16,864 nt of DNA from Verrucomicrobiota bacterium (GCA_039798785.1 JBDKFG010000085.1:1-16864), one strand, 5' to 3'; shown: positions 1 through 9,050, counted from the stretch's first letter. The notes: generated by a model from the sequence alone, not told the origin. A program made the numbers and translations.

Positions 1-227
1 TCGTTTGACTCATGCCATGATTTGAAAGGGCTTTGTTCACCCAGCAAACGATTCTGATAGGTGCCCAAGCTCTTCAAGCCCTTAATCTGCGCGATTCTCG
101 GTGGTTGCGCCGCCGCTTCGCCTGAATCAGCCTTGATCACTGGCTGAGGTTGTCCGGAGTCGGAGATCCACTTCCACAAAAGGCTCTCTGAATCTTTCGC
201 TTGTTGCTTCTGTTCAATTACTTGCAT
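1..227 (-). CDS. possible 5' part of a hypothetical protein running off the left edge
   Basis: Manual translation from ATG at 227 is open for 75 codons to the window edge (MQVIEQKQQAKDSESLLWKWISDSG...). No recognisable motif or clear RBS. Confidence 0.25.
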   Translation of the reverse strand, partial: MQVIEQKQQAKDSESLLWKWISDSGQPQPVIKADSGEAAAQPPRIAQIKGLKSLGTYQNRLLGEQSPFKSWHESN

Positions 228-298
228 TTGAGTTTTAGAGGTGGATCCATGCATCTGCTCAAATGACGGGGGTTCCAGCACCCGAAGGAGACATAATC

Positions 299-3200
299 AT
301 GAGCGCCCTCCCTCTCAGCATCAAAGCCCTTTCCGTCACGCAGGGCGCGACCCTGAAAATCAGCCCCTCGCTCTTCACTGTCGGAGCCTTGGATTACAGC
401 CTCAAGATCGAAGTCGTCGGCGGCAATTTATATCGCAGCGGCAGTTCCATCGGTTCGAGCGGGACCTTTTCCTTGACTGAGCTCAAATCGGGCGTGGTGA
501 GCTTTGTCGCCACTGGCGATGCCGCGCCGGTCTTCACGGTCAGCGCCAGCGCCGCGGGCTTTGAGGATTCGTCGACGATTCAGGCATCCTTGACTTTCCG
601 CAGCGTCAACCAGGCGCCGACGCTCAGTCTTGCCGGCTTGGCCAGTGCCGCCGCTCCGCTGCTCAAGGGGGGCAGCGTCGTCATCACCCGCGACATGATC
701 GACGCCGCCGACACCGAGACCTCCGGCATCGGCGCCATCTCCTTCAAAGTCGTCAAGGTTTCGGGCGGCACTTTTCTGCTCAACGGCTTTGCTGCAAAAG
801 GCTTTTCCCTGGCCGACATCGAACATGGCAGCGTCAGCTTCCAGCATGACGGCAAGCTCGTCGCGCCCAGCTTCACGCTTCAGGCGATTGATGGTGACGG
901 CAAGGCCTCAGGCTCGATCAGCGTCAGCAGCTCCGGCGTCTATTTCGACCCTCTGCATGAGGCGACCCCAGGCGTGCCCGATGCGCACGAACTCGCGGTC
1001 AAAACACCGATCGCGGTGACTGAAGGTGCGACGCTCAAGCTCAGCACGGGCAATCTGCCGATTGCGATTCCTGCCGGATTGACTCTGGCGGATCTGCCCG
1101 CACTCACCGTCCGCATCGACCGGGCCGATCACCTGCAAGTCTTGGTCAAAGGAAAAATCGGCAGCCAAAGCAGCTTCACCGTCGATGAACTCAAGAAAGG
1201 CCTGGTCAGCGTCAAACACGACGGCACCCAGTCGCCTCCGGATGTGCAGCTCAGCCTGCTCAAAGGCAGTACCTTGATCGACACCTTGCGGCTGCCGCTG
1301 AGCTTCAAAGTGGTCAACGACCTGCCGCTGCTCGCGGTCAACAATCTCGCCTCGTACCTGAATCTCAGCCGAGCGGACCATGTCATTGATCGCAATCTCT
1401 TCGCCTGGTTTGATGAAGAGACGCCCGTCGCGCTGGAGGGCGCCTATCTCTTCACGGTGAAAAGCGCCAAAGGCATTGAGTTCCACCGCCAAGGCCTGAC
1501 GGCGGCGATCAAAAGCTTCACCCTTGCCGACGTCGATGCCGGCCTGATCAGCGTCAATCGCCTTGCCTTGACCACGGGTGAGGCCGCGTTTTCGCTGACC
1601 CTCACGGATCCGTCCGGCAAGGTGAGCACTGTCATCAGCGGCGCGGCGAACCATGTCCACGGCGGCAGCGTCAGCATCAGCGGCATCGCCACGCTCGGCC
1701 ATACTTTGCACGCGACCAGCAGCCTGTACGATGCGGATGGATTGGGCGCCATCAGCTACACCTGGGTCGATCAGAAAGGGGCCGTTCTCGGCACCGGCAG
1801 CAATCTCGAAATGACCAGCGCCAACGCCGGCCGGCAGATCACCCTCGTGGGATCCTATATCGATGGCTGCGGCTCGACCGAAGTGGCCAAATCCTATGCC
1901 GTGACCAGCGCTTTGACGGCCACACACCGCGGCAGCGCGGAATTCCAGGTCAACGGCACCAGCGCCGGAGTGCAAGACGAGCCCGCCGTCGCCGCTCTCA
2001 GTGATGGCGGCTACCTGGTGGTCTGGACAGCCAACGGCCAAGATGGCAGTCTGGAAGGGATTTATGCTCAGCGCTATCTCGCCAATGGCCAGGCCAGTGG
2101 CAGCGAATTCAAAGTCAACACCTACACCCTGTCCGCGCAGGACATGCCCAGTGTCGCTGGACTCAAGGGCGGCGGCGCCGTCGTCACCTGGAGCAGCCCC
2201 GGTCACGACGGCATGGAGCCTGGGATCTGGCCCGGCATTTTCGCACAACTCTACGATGCCGACGGCAAGGCCGACGGCGGAGAATTCCAAATCAGCAACA
2301 GCAGCTTCGCCGCCGCCGGATCGAAGGTCACGGCCTTGTCGAACGGCGGCTTCGTCGTCACCTGGTACAGCGATGAAGGCCTCGGGACTGATTACGATGT
2401 CTACGCCCAGTGTTTTAACGCTTCAGGCGATGCCGTCGGCAGTGAAATCAGGGTCAGCAGCTATAGCGACGGCTGGCAGTACTACCCCTCAGTCGCGAGC
2501 TTGAGCGGCGGCGGCTTTGTCGTCACTTGGATTTCGAAGGATTACTACGACCCCGATCTCACCCACAGCCAGGACGGCTCGAACTCCGGCATCTACGGCC
2601 AGCGTTTCAACGCCAGCGGCGAGGCGCTCGGCAGTGAATTCCAGGTCAACACCTACGTCGACGGAGCGCAATATGCTCCGGCCGTGGCCGGCCTCGCCGA
2701 TGGCGGCTTTGTCGTCACCTGGAGCTCCGATGGACAGGATGGTTTCAACACCGGCATTTACGCCCAGCGATATGCCGCCGACGGCACTCGCAGCGGCAGT
2801 GAATTCCAGGTGAACACCTACACCTACCGTTCCCAGTCCGACCCCGGCATCACGGCTCTCAAGGATGGCGGTTTCGTCATCACCTGGGACTCCTTCTACC
2901 AAGACGCCTTCGGCGGCACTGGCGTCTACGCCCAGCGCTTCGCCGCCGACGGCAGCCGCAGCGGCGGCGAGTTCCTGGTCAACTCCTACACCGAATCGCA
3001 TCAGACCAATTCCGATCTCGTCGGCCTCTCCGACGGCGGCTATCTGGTGGCCTGGCAGTCCTACTACCAAGACGGTGCCGACCAGGGGATTTATGCCCAG
3101 CGTTTCGGCGCCACGGAAAACCCCGTGCCCACGGCCACCTGGCTCGCCTTGAGCGGCTATGACAACATCATCGGCGACTCTGCCAATGACACCGTCACCG

Positions 3201-3586
3201 GGATCGGCAAAGACGACATCGTCTACACCCACGGCGGAGACGACAGCATGGCGATCAGCGGCACCGCATTCGGCTTCCTCGACGGAGCTGGCGGCTACGA
3301 CACCTTGAGCCTCACCGGCAGCCTCGATCTGGTGGCGCTGAACGATCGGCGGATCACCAACATCGAGGAAATCCATCTGGTGAAGGGCGGCACCCTCAAG
3401 CTGGCCGCCAGCGATGTCCTGGCGATGAGCGACATCTTCACGCTCAAGGTCACGGGCGACACCGGCACGGTCGACATCGTCGACGCAGGTGGATCTTGGG
3501 GCGCAGGGCCCGTGGTCAACGGCTTTGAAACCTACACACAGGGTCTGGCCACCCTTCTGGTGCAGCAAGCCTTGAATGTGGTCTGA
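299..3586 (+). CDS. large repetitive surface/adhesin-like protein (CSPG/cadherin-like repeats, Ig-like domain, 7-repeat putative beta-propeller, RTX-like C-terminus), probably type I secreted
   Basis: GAAGGAG RBS at 284-290 precedes ATG 299 (MSALPLSIK). Four F(S/T)xx(E/D)xxxGx(V/I)S motifs, a GSVSISG..DADGLG..SYTW Ig-like segment, seven EFxVN..Q..P.V..L..GG(F/Y)VV.W..QDG..GIYAQR(F/Y) repeats, and GGDD/GAGGYDTL/NIEEIHL near the C-terminus. No N-terminal signal peptide. Confidence 0.85.
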   Translation: MSALPLSIKALSVTQGATLKISPSLFTVGALDYSLKIEVVGGNLYRSGSSIGSSGTFSLTELKSGVVSFVATGDAAPVFTVSASAAGFEDSSTIQASLTFRSVNQAPTLSLAGLASAAAPLLKGGSVVITRDMIDAADTETSGIGAISFKVVKVSGGTFLLNGFAAKGFSLADIEHGSVSFQHDGKLVAPSFTLQAIDGDGKASGSISVSSSGVYFDPLHEATPGVPDAHELAVKTPIAVTEGATLKLSTGNLPIAIPAGLTLADLPALTVRIDRADHLQVLVKGKIGSQSSFTVDELKKGLVSVKHDGTQSPPDVQLSLLKGSTLIDTLRLPLSFKVVNDLPLLAVNNLASYLNLSRADHVIDRNLFAWFDEETPVALEGAYLFTVKSAKGIEFHRQGLTAAIKSFTLADVDAGLISVNRLALTTGEAAFSLTLTDPSGKVSTVISGAANHVHGGSVSISGIATLGHTLHATSSLYDADGLGAISYTWVDQKGAVLGTGSNLEMTSANAGRQITLVGSYIDGCGSTEVAKSYAVTSALTATHRGSAEFQVNGTSAGVQDEPAVAALSDGGYLVVWTANGQDGSLEGIYAQRYLANGQASGSEFKVNTYTLSAQDMPSVAGLKGGGAVVTWSSPGHDGMEPGIWPGIFAQLYDADGKADGGEFQISNSSFAAAGSKVTALSNGGFVVTWYSDEGLGTDYDVYAQCFNASGDAVGSEIRVSSYSDGWQYYPSVASLSGGGFVVTWISKDYYDPDLTHSQDGSNSGIYGQRFNASGEALGSEFQVNTYVDGAQYAPAVAGLADGGFVVTWSSDGQDGFNTGIYAQRYAADGTRSGSEFQVNTYTYRSQSDPGITALKDGGFVITWDSFYQDAFGGTGVYAQRFAADGSRSGGEFLVNSYTESHQTNSDLVGLSDGGYLVAWQSYYQDGADQGIYAQRFGATENPVPTATWLALSGYDNIIGDSANDTVTGIGKDDIVYTHGGDDSMAISGTAFGFLDGAGGYDTLSLTGSLDLVALNDRRITNIEEIHLVKGGTLKLAASDVLAMSDIFTLKVTGDTGTVDIVDAGGSWGAGPVVNGFETYTQGLATLLVQQALNVV
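1934..3108 (+). repeat. seven tandem ~55-65-aa intragenic repeats (putative 7-bladed beta-propeller)
   Basis: Recurrent DNA motifs such as gaattccaggtcaac, ggcggcttcgtcgtcacctgg and tacgcccagcg, and seven aligned protein repeats. Confidence 0.85.
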
Positions 3587-3605
3587 GTGAAGGGCTCGGG
3601 CGGCT

Positions 3606-4436
3606 TCAGCGTCGAGCCGAGCGGGGTGCTGGTTTCAAGAGCCTGGCGAAATGATTCAGGGCTTGGCTCCATTGGATCAGATTCCACAGGCCGAAAATTA
3701 TGCCGATCAGGGGTATGAGCGAGAGGATCGGGAACAGCGGATTGACATCTGGGGCACGGCCTTGCAAGCCTTGCTCCTGCAGCATGCTGCGGTAGCGGCG
3801 GGGCAAGACGAAGAGAAGGATGCAGGCGGGGACCAGGTTGGCAAGAGGGATAAAACTCAGGACAGCCATCAAAGTGGGGCTCAGGGGGCTGGGGCGTTCG
3901 CTGAGATTGGCCAGTGCGGTGACCCGGTAGTTATAAAGAATTCCTGAATAAATCAGGAATGGTAGACAAAGCAAGACGCCGGCTGCGCCAAGCATCAGCA
4001 TCTCCTGGGCGCGGTTGACAGCCCCCACGAGCAGGAGGCCGTAAGCGCCGCACAAAAAGACCATGCTGATTACCATCATTGAAACTGGCGAACCTTTACG
4101 CAGGCTGTTCAGGTACTCGGCGGCGTGTGCCGGGACTTCCAAGGGGCAGGTCTCCTCGTTTAGAGGCTCGCGGTTGCGGCTTGAGCTCGGAGCGGCGTAG
4201 ACATTGCTGGCAGTTTTCTCGGCGCTGCGGCTTTTGGGCGCGTTCAGGCGGGGCTTCCCGCTCTGAGGCTTGACGGCTTCCGGCGCCGCGGCTTCGCCGC
4301 GCAGAGCTTCAATCTCGTCAGCAGTCGGAACCTGGATCCTGGTCTGGCAAGAGGGGCAGGCGATTTTCGAGCCAAACAGCTCGACTCCCGCTTCCAGGTC
4401 AATGTTGCATCTCGGGCAAGCGAATTCAATCGACAT
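3606..4436 (-). CDS. membrane protein with N-terminal zinc ribbon (CPRC...CPSC), low-complexity linker and about 4 TM helices (DUF4328-like C-terminus)
   Basis: AAAGGAAAAA RBS-like sequence before ATG 4436 (MSIEFACPRC). Hydrophobic segments include FIPLANLVPACILLFVL and LIPLIGIIFGLW. Start shortened relative to the ORF track. Confidence 0.75.
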   Translation of the reverse strand: MSIEFACPRCNIDLEAGVELFGSKIACPSCQTRIQVPTADEIEALRGEAAAPEAVKPQSGKPRLNAPKSRSAEKTASNVYAAPSSSRNREPLNEETCPLEVPAHAAEYLNSLRKGSPVSMMVISMVFLCGAYGLLLVGAVNRAQEMLMLGAAGVLLCLPFLIYSGILYNYRVTALANLSERPSPLSPTLMAVLSFIPLANLVPACILLFVLPRRYRSMLQEQGLQGRAPDVNPLFPILSLIPLIGIIFGLWNLIQWSQALNHFARLLKPAPRSARR

Positions 4437-4633
4437 AAGGTTTTTCCTTTGGACTGTTCTGTCGGGGCATACTATTAGGTTGGAATGCGGCATCTGAAAG
4501 CAAGTGTCCGAGAGTAATTCACTGGGCAAAACAAGGTTTGAAGCCACACGCATCCAAGCAGCTGCACGAGATAAGTTTTGAAGCGAGCCATGCGGGAGAA
4601 TTATGGGCAGTCGAGCTGGGCTGCGTAGACGCG

Positions 4634-4660
4634 AAACCGCCGCCCTGTGGGCGGCGGTTT
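4634..4660 (-). terminator. intrinsic terminator-like hairpin (possibly bidirectional) downstream of the 513-aa gene
   Basis: Perfect inverted repeat AAACCGCCGCCC-TGT-GGGCGGCGGTTT, 19 nt past the stop at 4680. The T-tract is short. Confidence 0.75.
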
Positions 4661-4679
4661 AAGGCGAGAGGCTTGTCCA

Positions 4680-6221
4680 TCAGGGCAGAGTGAACTTGCC
4701 ATCCTTCACCGAGCCGATCTCGTCGCCTTTAGAGATCAGCTTGACGTGGCAGACCTTTTCGTCTTTAGCCAGGCCATTGGATTTGCAGCGCATGGTCCAG
4801 AAACGGTGCCAACCTTCGAGGACTTGCTTGCGGTAATCGGCATTGCTGTCAAGGAAGTTGCTGGTGACGTCAAGGACAAGGGTGATTTCGTTGAGTTTCT
4901 CGTATTTCGCTTCCACCACGGTGGCCATCTTCTTCTTGCTGGCGCGTTCTTCGCGGCCGAGCTGCATTTTCATTTCGGTGACGGCTCGGTCGATGTCTTT
5001 CTGGACGGCGCTGGTGTCGATGATGACTTCCCCTTCGCCGGGCTGGACTTCAGGTTCCGGCATGACCACGGGCGGCGTCTTGTTGGCGACGATGACCGGA
5101 GCGGGCGGGGGCGGGGCGATGGCGATTTCCGGCGCCTTGGCATCGCCGGTGGCGTCGACTTCTGTGGCGATGTCGACCAGTTCTCGGACGGCGCCGGCGT
5201 ACATCTCGGGGACCTTGGCGAGGCTGCGGCGGGTGCCTTTGCCGGCGCACTTGTTGCAGGGGGCTGAGGTCTTGCCGGAGCCATTGCAGCGCGGGCACTT
5301 CGAGCTGCCTTTACAGACCGGGCACTTCTTCTGGACGTTTTCGCCGCCGAGGCCGCGGTAGGCGATTTCGCCGCCTTCGCATTTCGATGAGGTGCAGGCG
5401 CCTTCCTTGCAGTTGGCTGAGCAGGCCTTTTCGATCTTGCCGCCGCCGCTGCAGGTGGCGCAAGTGTCGAGGAAGGCGCCGCTGTTGAGGAAGGAAAGGT
5501 GCGAGGCGAGTTCCTTGGCGGGGAATTTGTTCTTGATCTGGAGCAGGTAGGCGTCGTAGAAGGCCTTTTGCTTGTCGTTACTCAAGTGGGCGAGGAGCAC
5601 GGTTTTGGTGAGGGCCGAAGCCAAGGTTTTGCTCTTCACCTTGAAGGCGGCTTCTCCTAGCTGCGGCAGGACCGACTGGTCGTTGCCTTGCAGCTTGATC
5701 GCCAGGGCGAGAACTTCCTTGTTGTAAAGTTTCACCGGATCTTCAGGCAGGACCTTGTCAGGGCGGACCGCGTCGAGGGTCGGGACCGGGCTGACTGGAT
5801 CGAGGGGCTTGATCGCGAGGTCGGCGGGAGTGGCGGGGACGATCTGCATCTGCGAAGGGCGGCGGCCGGCGAGGCCTTCTTCGGCGTCGACGAGCGCGAG
5901 GGCGGCAAGAGTCCGGCGCTTCTGCAAGGCGGGATCGGCGGTGATCTTGTCGATCCGGCCGAGGTCGTATTCGGGGATTTTTTCCGCCAAGGTTTTGCGC
6001 ATGGCGCCGAGACCGGCTTCGTCACTGGCGGAGAGAGCGATGGCGTAATCGGCGAGGCTGGCGCGCAGCAGCGGGTCGCTGGCGGCAAGGGCGGATTCCA
6101 CCACCTTGCCGGCATCCGGGGCCTTGTCGGCGAGAATCTCGCGGGCGCCGTTCAGATCCTCAGCGCCCCAGAGACTGGTGGTGAGGAGCAAGATCAGGGT
6201 CAATGACGTCATCACTTTCAT
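4680..6221 (-). CDS. exported hypothetical protein with DnaJ-type cysteine-rich (CxxCxGxG) region
   Basis: Signal peptide MKVMTSLTLILLLTTSLWG/AE. Motifs CATCSGGG, CPVCKGSS, CPRCNGSG, CNKCAGKG. Pro-rich linkers, AGAGG RBS, no J-domain HPD motif. Confidence 0.8.
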   Translation of the reverse strand: MKVMTSLTLILLLTTSLWGAEDLNGAREILADKAPDAGKVVESALAASDPLLRASLADYAIALSASDEAGLGAMRKTLAEKIPEYDLGRIDKITADPALQKRRTLAALALVDAEEGLAGRRPSQMQIVPATPADLAIKPLDPVSPVPTLDAVRPDKVLPEDPVKLYNKEVLALAIKLQGNDQSVLPQLGEAAFKVKSKTLASALTKTVLLAHLSNDKQKAFYDAYLLQIKNKFPAKELASHLSFLNSGAFLDTCATCSGGGKIEKACSANCKEGACTSSKCEGGEIAYRGLGGENVQKKCPVCKGSSKCPRCNGSGKTSAPCNKCAGKGTRRSLAKVPEMYAGAVRELVDIATEVDATGDAKAPEIAIAPPPPAPVIVANKTPPVVMPEPEVQPGEGEVIIDTSAVQKDIDRAVTEMKMQLGREERASKKKMATVVEAKYEKLNEITLVLDVTSNFLDSNADYRKQVLEGWHRFWTMRCKSNGLAKDEKVCHVKLISKGDEIGSVKDGKFTLP

Positions 6222-6314
6222 GGTCTGGCCTCTAGGGGGTTTCCAGCCGGCTGCGGCTGGGATTTCTTACGAATCGCAGTATAACACCATAAACGACGAA
6301 TTCGCAAGGATATT

Positions 6315-6986
6315 ATGTCTAGAACTGTCATCATCGGCGACATCCACGCCTGCCTTGAAGAACTCCATCTATTGTTGCGGGCTTGCGACTTCGATCCCCG
6401 CTGCGACCGTCTGATTTCACTGGGTGATCTGGTGCACAAGGGCCCGGAGTCGGCCGGGGTCTTGGAGTTTTTCATCGAGGGCGGACATCAGGCCTTGCTG
6501 GGGAATCACGATGACGCGCTGCTTCAGGCCTTGATCCACGGCGATCTCTATGCTGAAGCGGCGGCTTGCGTCGACCGGATCGGCCGGACCCGGCTGCGGG
6601 ATTGGCTGGAGGCCCGGCCTTTGTATCTTGACGAGGCGGATTTTCTGGCGGTTCACGCCGCCTTCGATCCCGGCCAGGCGGATTTCCGTCGCAGCAGCCG
6701 CAAGGCGATGCTCAGCGGCCGCTGGTACGATCCGGATAGTGGCAAGGTCCACGCCAAGGCCGGAGATCGGAAGGGGCTGCGCCCCTGGTTCCAGTGTCAT
6801 CCCTTGACCGAGGGGGATCGACCTTTGTTTTTCGGTCACTGGGCGGGGGCGGAGCTGCGCCGTCATGGCCAGGCGATCTGCCTGGATACCGGCTGCTGCT
6901 ATGGTGGCCGCCTCAGCGCCTGGATCCTGCCGGAGCAGCGTCTGGTGCAGGTTTCCAGCGGACGTCCGAAGCAGTACGACTACTGA
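6315..6986 (+). CDS. metallophosphoesterase, PPP family (ApaH/PrpE-like diadenosine tetraphosphatase or Ser/Thr phosphatase)
   Basis: Motifs IGDIHAC, LGDLVHKGP, LGNHD, VHA, FGHW, LDTGCCYGG. AAGGA RBS. Confidence 0.88.
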   Translation: MSRTVIIGDIHACLEELHLLLRACDFDPRCDRLISLGDLVHKGPESAGVLEFFIEGGHQALLGNHDDALLQALIHGDLYAEAAACVDRIGRTRLRDWLEARPLYLDEADFLAVHAAFDPGQADFRRSSRKAMLSGRWYDPDSGKVHAKAGDRKGLRPWFQCHPLTEGDRPLFFGHWAGAELRRHGQAICLDTGCCYGGRLSAWILPEQRLVQVSSGRPKQYDY

Positions 6987-7005
6987 GCGGCGGCTGCGGG
7001 CAGTT

Positions 7006-8526
7006 TCATCTCAGCCGCAGCCGGAGGATCTGGAGGCGGTCCTTGATTTCTCCGAGTTCGAGCGGCCCGCCCCTGTCGGCGCTGAGTTGATCGAGTGTGG
7101 CGAGGAGGCTGCGGGCTTCAGTCAGGGCATTCTGCTCGGCGAGGCGGGAGAGGTCTTCGACGGCGAGATGAAGATAGAGCTGGGTGGCTTCGGCTCCGAG
7201 TTGCTCGGGAGCTTCGTCGAGCGCGCGTTCGGCGAAGCCGCGGGCGCGCCCCCAGTCGCGTTGCGCCTGTTCCCAGGCGACGGCCGAGCGGCGGCGTTCC
7301 GCCTGCACCGCTTCGTTATGGCTGCGGGCTGCGGCCTGGAGGGCGGCGCGGGCGTCATCGGCGAGGCGGCGCTCGGCCCGTCCGGTGGTCTTGACCAGGG
7401 TCCAGCCGAGGACTGCGGCAGTGACGACGAGGCAGAGGACGAAGGTGCCGAGGCGGTGGCGCAGGAAGAACTTGAAGAGCTGCTGGTCGACGCCGGAGCC
7501 GTAGGCGGTGACCGGCTGGCGGTTCCGCCAGTTCCTGAGGTCGTGGAGGAGTGCGCTGGCGTCGGGATAACGCGAAGCAGGGATCTTCTCCAGGCATTTC
7601 TCCAGGATCGCCTGGAGTTCGGGGGAGACGCGGCGGCCTTCGCGGTCGCGCTGCGGCGGCGACAGTCGGAGGTGCTTGACGTTGCCGAGGACGAGCCTGG
7701 TATTGCCTCCGGTGCCCTCGTGGAAGGGGTTGCGGCCGGTGAGGATTTCGTAGAGGACGACGCCGAGGGCGAAGACGTCGCTGCAGCACTCGAGCTGGGC
7801 CATGCGGCCCTGAGCCTGTTCCGGGGACATGTAGGCGGGAGTGCCGCTGATCTCGCCGGTGATGGTGAGCTCGGGGGCGGCCCCGGCGGTTTCGAGACGG
7901 TTGTCCTCGGCGCTCCACTCCTCCGGCGATTCGCCCTGCTTGAGATCCTTGGCGAGGCCCCAGTCGAGGACCAGGGTGGCGGTGTTGTCCTCGATCATGA
8001 TGTTTTCAGGTTTCAAGTCGCGGTGGATGATGCCGAGGCGGTGGGCGTGGTCCATCACGGCGCAGGCGCGGAAGAAGACTTCGAGCATGCCGTCGATGCT
8101 GCGGAGGCGGATCTCGTCGGCATTCTGCGGCGGATGTTCGGGGTCGAGGAGGTCGCGCAAGGTGCGGCCGTGAACCTTCTGCATGGCGTAGTAGAGCTGG
8201 CCGCTCATCTCGCCGACGTCGTGCACCGGGACGACCCCCGGGTGCTGCAGGCGGGCCATGATCCGTGCTTCGTTGAGGAAGCGGCGGAGGGCGCGTTCGG
8301 CGACCCGATATTTCGGCTTCAGGATCTTCACGGCGACCTGGCGTTTCAGGTCGGTGTCGTAGGCGTCGTAGACGGTGGAGTTGCCGCCCGATCCGAGGAC
8401 GCTGCCGAGCTGGTAGCGCGGGGCGGAATCGCCGAGGGCGAAGGAAAGAGAAGGCCCGTCGACCTTGGGCTGAAACGGGTGGTAGACCGTGTCAGCCGGG
8501 GCGGCGGGCTGTGGGCTTGAGCTCAC
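7006..8526 (-). CDS. Hanks-type Ser/Thr protein kinase with one TM helix and a short helical C-terminal domain
   Basis: Motifs GSGGNSTV, VAVK, HRDLKPEN, DWG, GTPAYMSPEQ, DVFALG. TM segment LGTFVLCLVVTAAVLGWTLV. The GTG start is approximate. Confidence 0.92.
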   Translation of the reverse strand: MSSSPQPAAPADTVYHPFQPKVDGPSLSFALGDSAPRYQLGSVLGSGGNSTVYDAYDTDLKRQVAVKILKPKYRVAERALRRFLNEARIMARLQHPGVVPVHDVGEMSGQLYYAMQKVHGRTLRDLLDPEHPPQNADEIRLRSIDGMLEVFFRACAVMDHAHRLGIIHRDLKPENIMIEDNTATLVLDWGLAKDLKQGESPEEWSAEDNRLETAGAAPELTITGEISGTPAYMSPEQAQGRMAQLECCSDVFALGVVLYEILTGRNPFHEGTGGNTRLVLGNVKHLRLSPPQRDREGRRVSPELQAILEKCLEKIPASRYPDASALLHDLRNWRNRQPVTAYGSGVDQQLFKFFLRHRLGTFVLCLVVTAAVLGWTLVKTTGRAERRLADDARAALQAAARSHNEAVQAERRRSAVAWEQAQRDWGRARGFAERALDEAPEQLGAEATQLYLHLAVEDLSRLAEQNALTEARSLLATLDQLSADRGGPLELGEIKDRLQILRLRLR

Positions 8527-8547
8527 GCTCAGCTCAGTCGGCTGGGC

Positions 8548-8940
8548 TTATTTCAGCAGGGCGGAGACGGCGTCGAAGTGCTCTTTCGCGAGGTCGTCGC
8601 TGTGGATGCCGAGCTTGCTCTTGGCGGTGAGCTTGACCTTGGTGGTGCCGGCGGTGGTGGCTTCGAGCTCGAAGATCAGGACCTGTCCCTCGGGCAGGAT
8701 GGCGCGGATGTAGCCCTGCTTCTCGATGGCGGAGCTGAGCTGGGCTTCTGCAGGACCCTGGAGGTATTTCAGGATGGTGTTGAAGGTGTCGAAATAGGTG
8801 TGGGCGAAGTAGCCTTCCTTCTGACCCTTGTTGCCGATGTAGGTCGAAGCGCTGGCGAGAGTGACGCCGGCGGCGGTTTCGATGCAGCCGGTGGAGGCCA
8901 GGCTGAGGGCGCAAAGAGCAGTGAGGCAGGTTCTTTTCAT
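8548..8940 (-). CDS. small lipoprotein (DUF3568-like)
   Basis: MKRTCLTALCALSLASTG-C lipobox-like signal. GGAG RBS upstream of ATG 8940. 130 aa, ending 21 nt before the kinase start. Confidence 0.75.
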   Translation of the reverse strand: MKRTCLTALCALSLASTGCIETAAGVTLASASTYIGNKGQKEGYFAHTYFDTFNTILKYLQGPAEAQLSSAIEKQGYIRAILPEGQVLIFELEATTAGTTKVKLTAKSKLGIHSDDLAKEHFDAVSALLK

Positions 8941-8964
8941 GGTCGGGCTCCGGAATGGTTTGGC

Positions 8965-8997
8965 CGGAATTATAATCCGCAATTCCGCACTTGAAAG
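8965..8997 (-). promoter_or_regulatory. putative sigma70 -10 box for the lipoprotein-kinase operon inside a 7-bp inverted repeat
   Basis: TATAAT on the minus strand at 8969-8974. CGGAATT-N9-AATTCCG inverted repeat at 8965-8987. The -35 match is weak. Confidence 0.4.
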
Positions 8998-9050
8998 CAT
9001 AAAAGGCCGAAAGCTTGCGAGGCTGGCGCGGACAGGATCGCCGCGCCACG

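Noticed and set aside
263..298. Longer ORF-track starts (263, 4553, 9000, 9419, 9712, 15859)
   Set aside because: Downstream ATGs have better RBS, signal peptide, coupling or family-consistent N-termini (299, 4436, 8940, 9479, 9748, 15895).
1934..3108. Repeats in the adhesin as a diversity-generating retroelement TR/VR pair
   Set aside because: The repeats are in-frame, divergent at all base types rather than adenine-specific, and there is no reverse transcriptase in the window.
4437..4633. AT-richer intergenic region as a possible riboswitch or sRNA
   Set aside because: No convincing conserved riboswitch motif or stable stem found by eye. An Rfam search would be needed.
6244..6259. CAGCCG-GCTG-CGGCTG palindrome in the divergent promoter region
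   Set aside because: A short GC-rich inverted repeat is likely by chance here. No regulator is nearby and no second copy was seen.
6865..8520. 551-aa plus-strand ORF, and other long antisense ORFs (908-2290, 2489-3568, 9838-10923, 10799-11785, 13475-14410, 14450-15904, 15901-16692)
   Set aside because: They are shadow frames opposite well-supported genes, expected from GC-rich codon bias, and carry no recognisable motifs.
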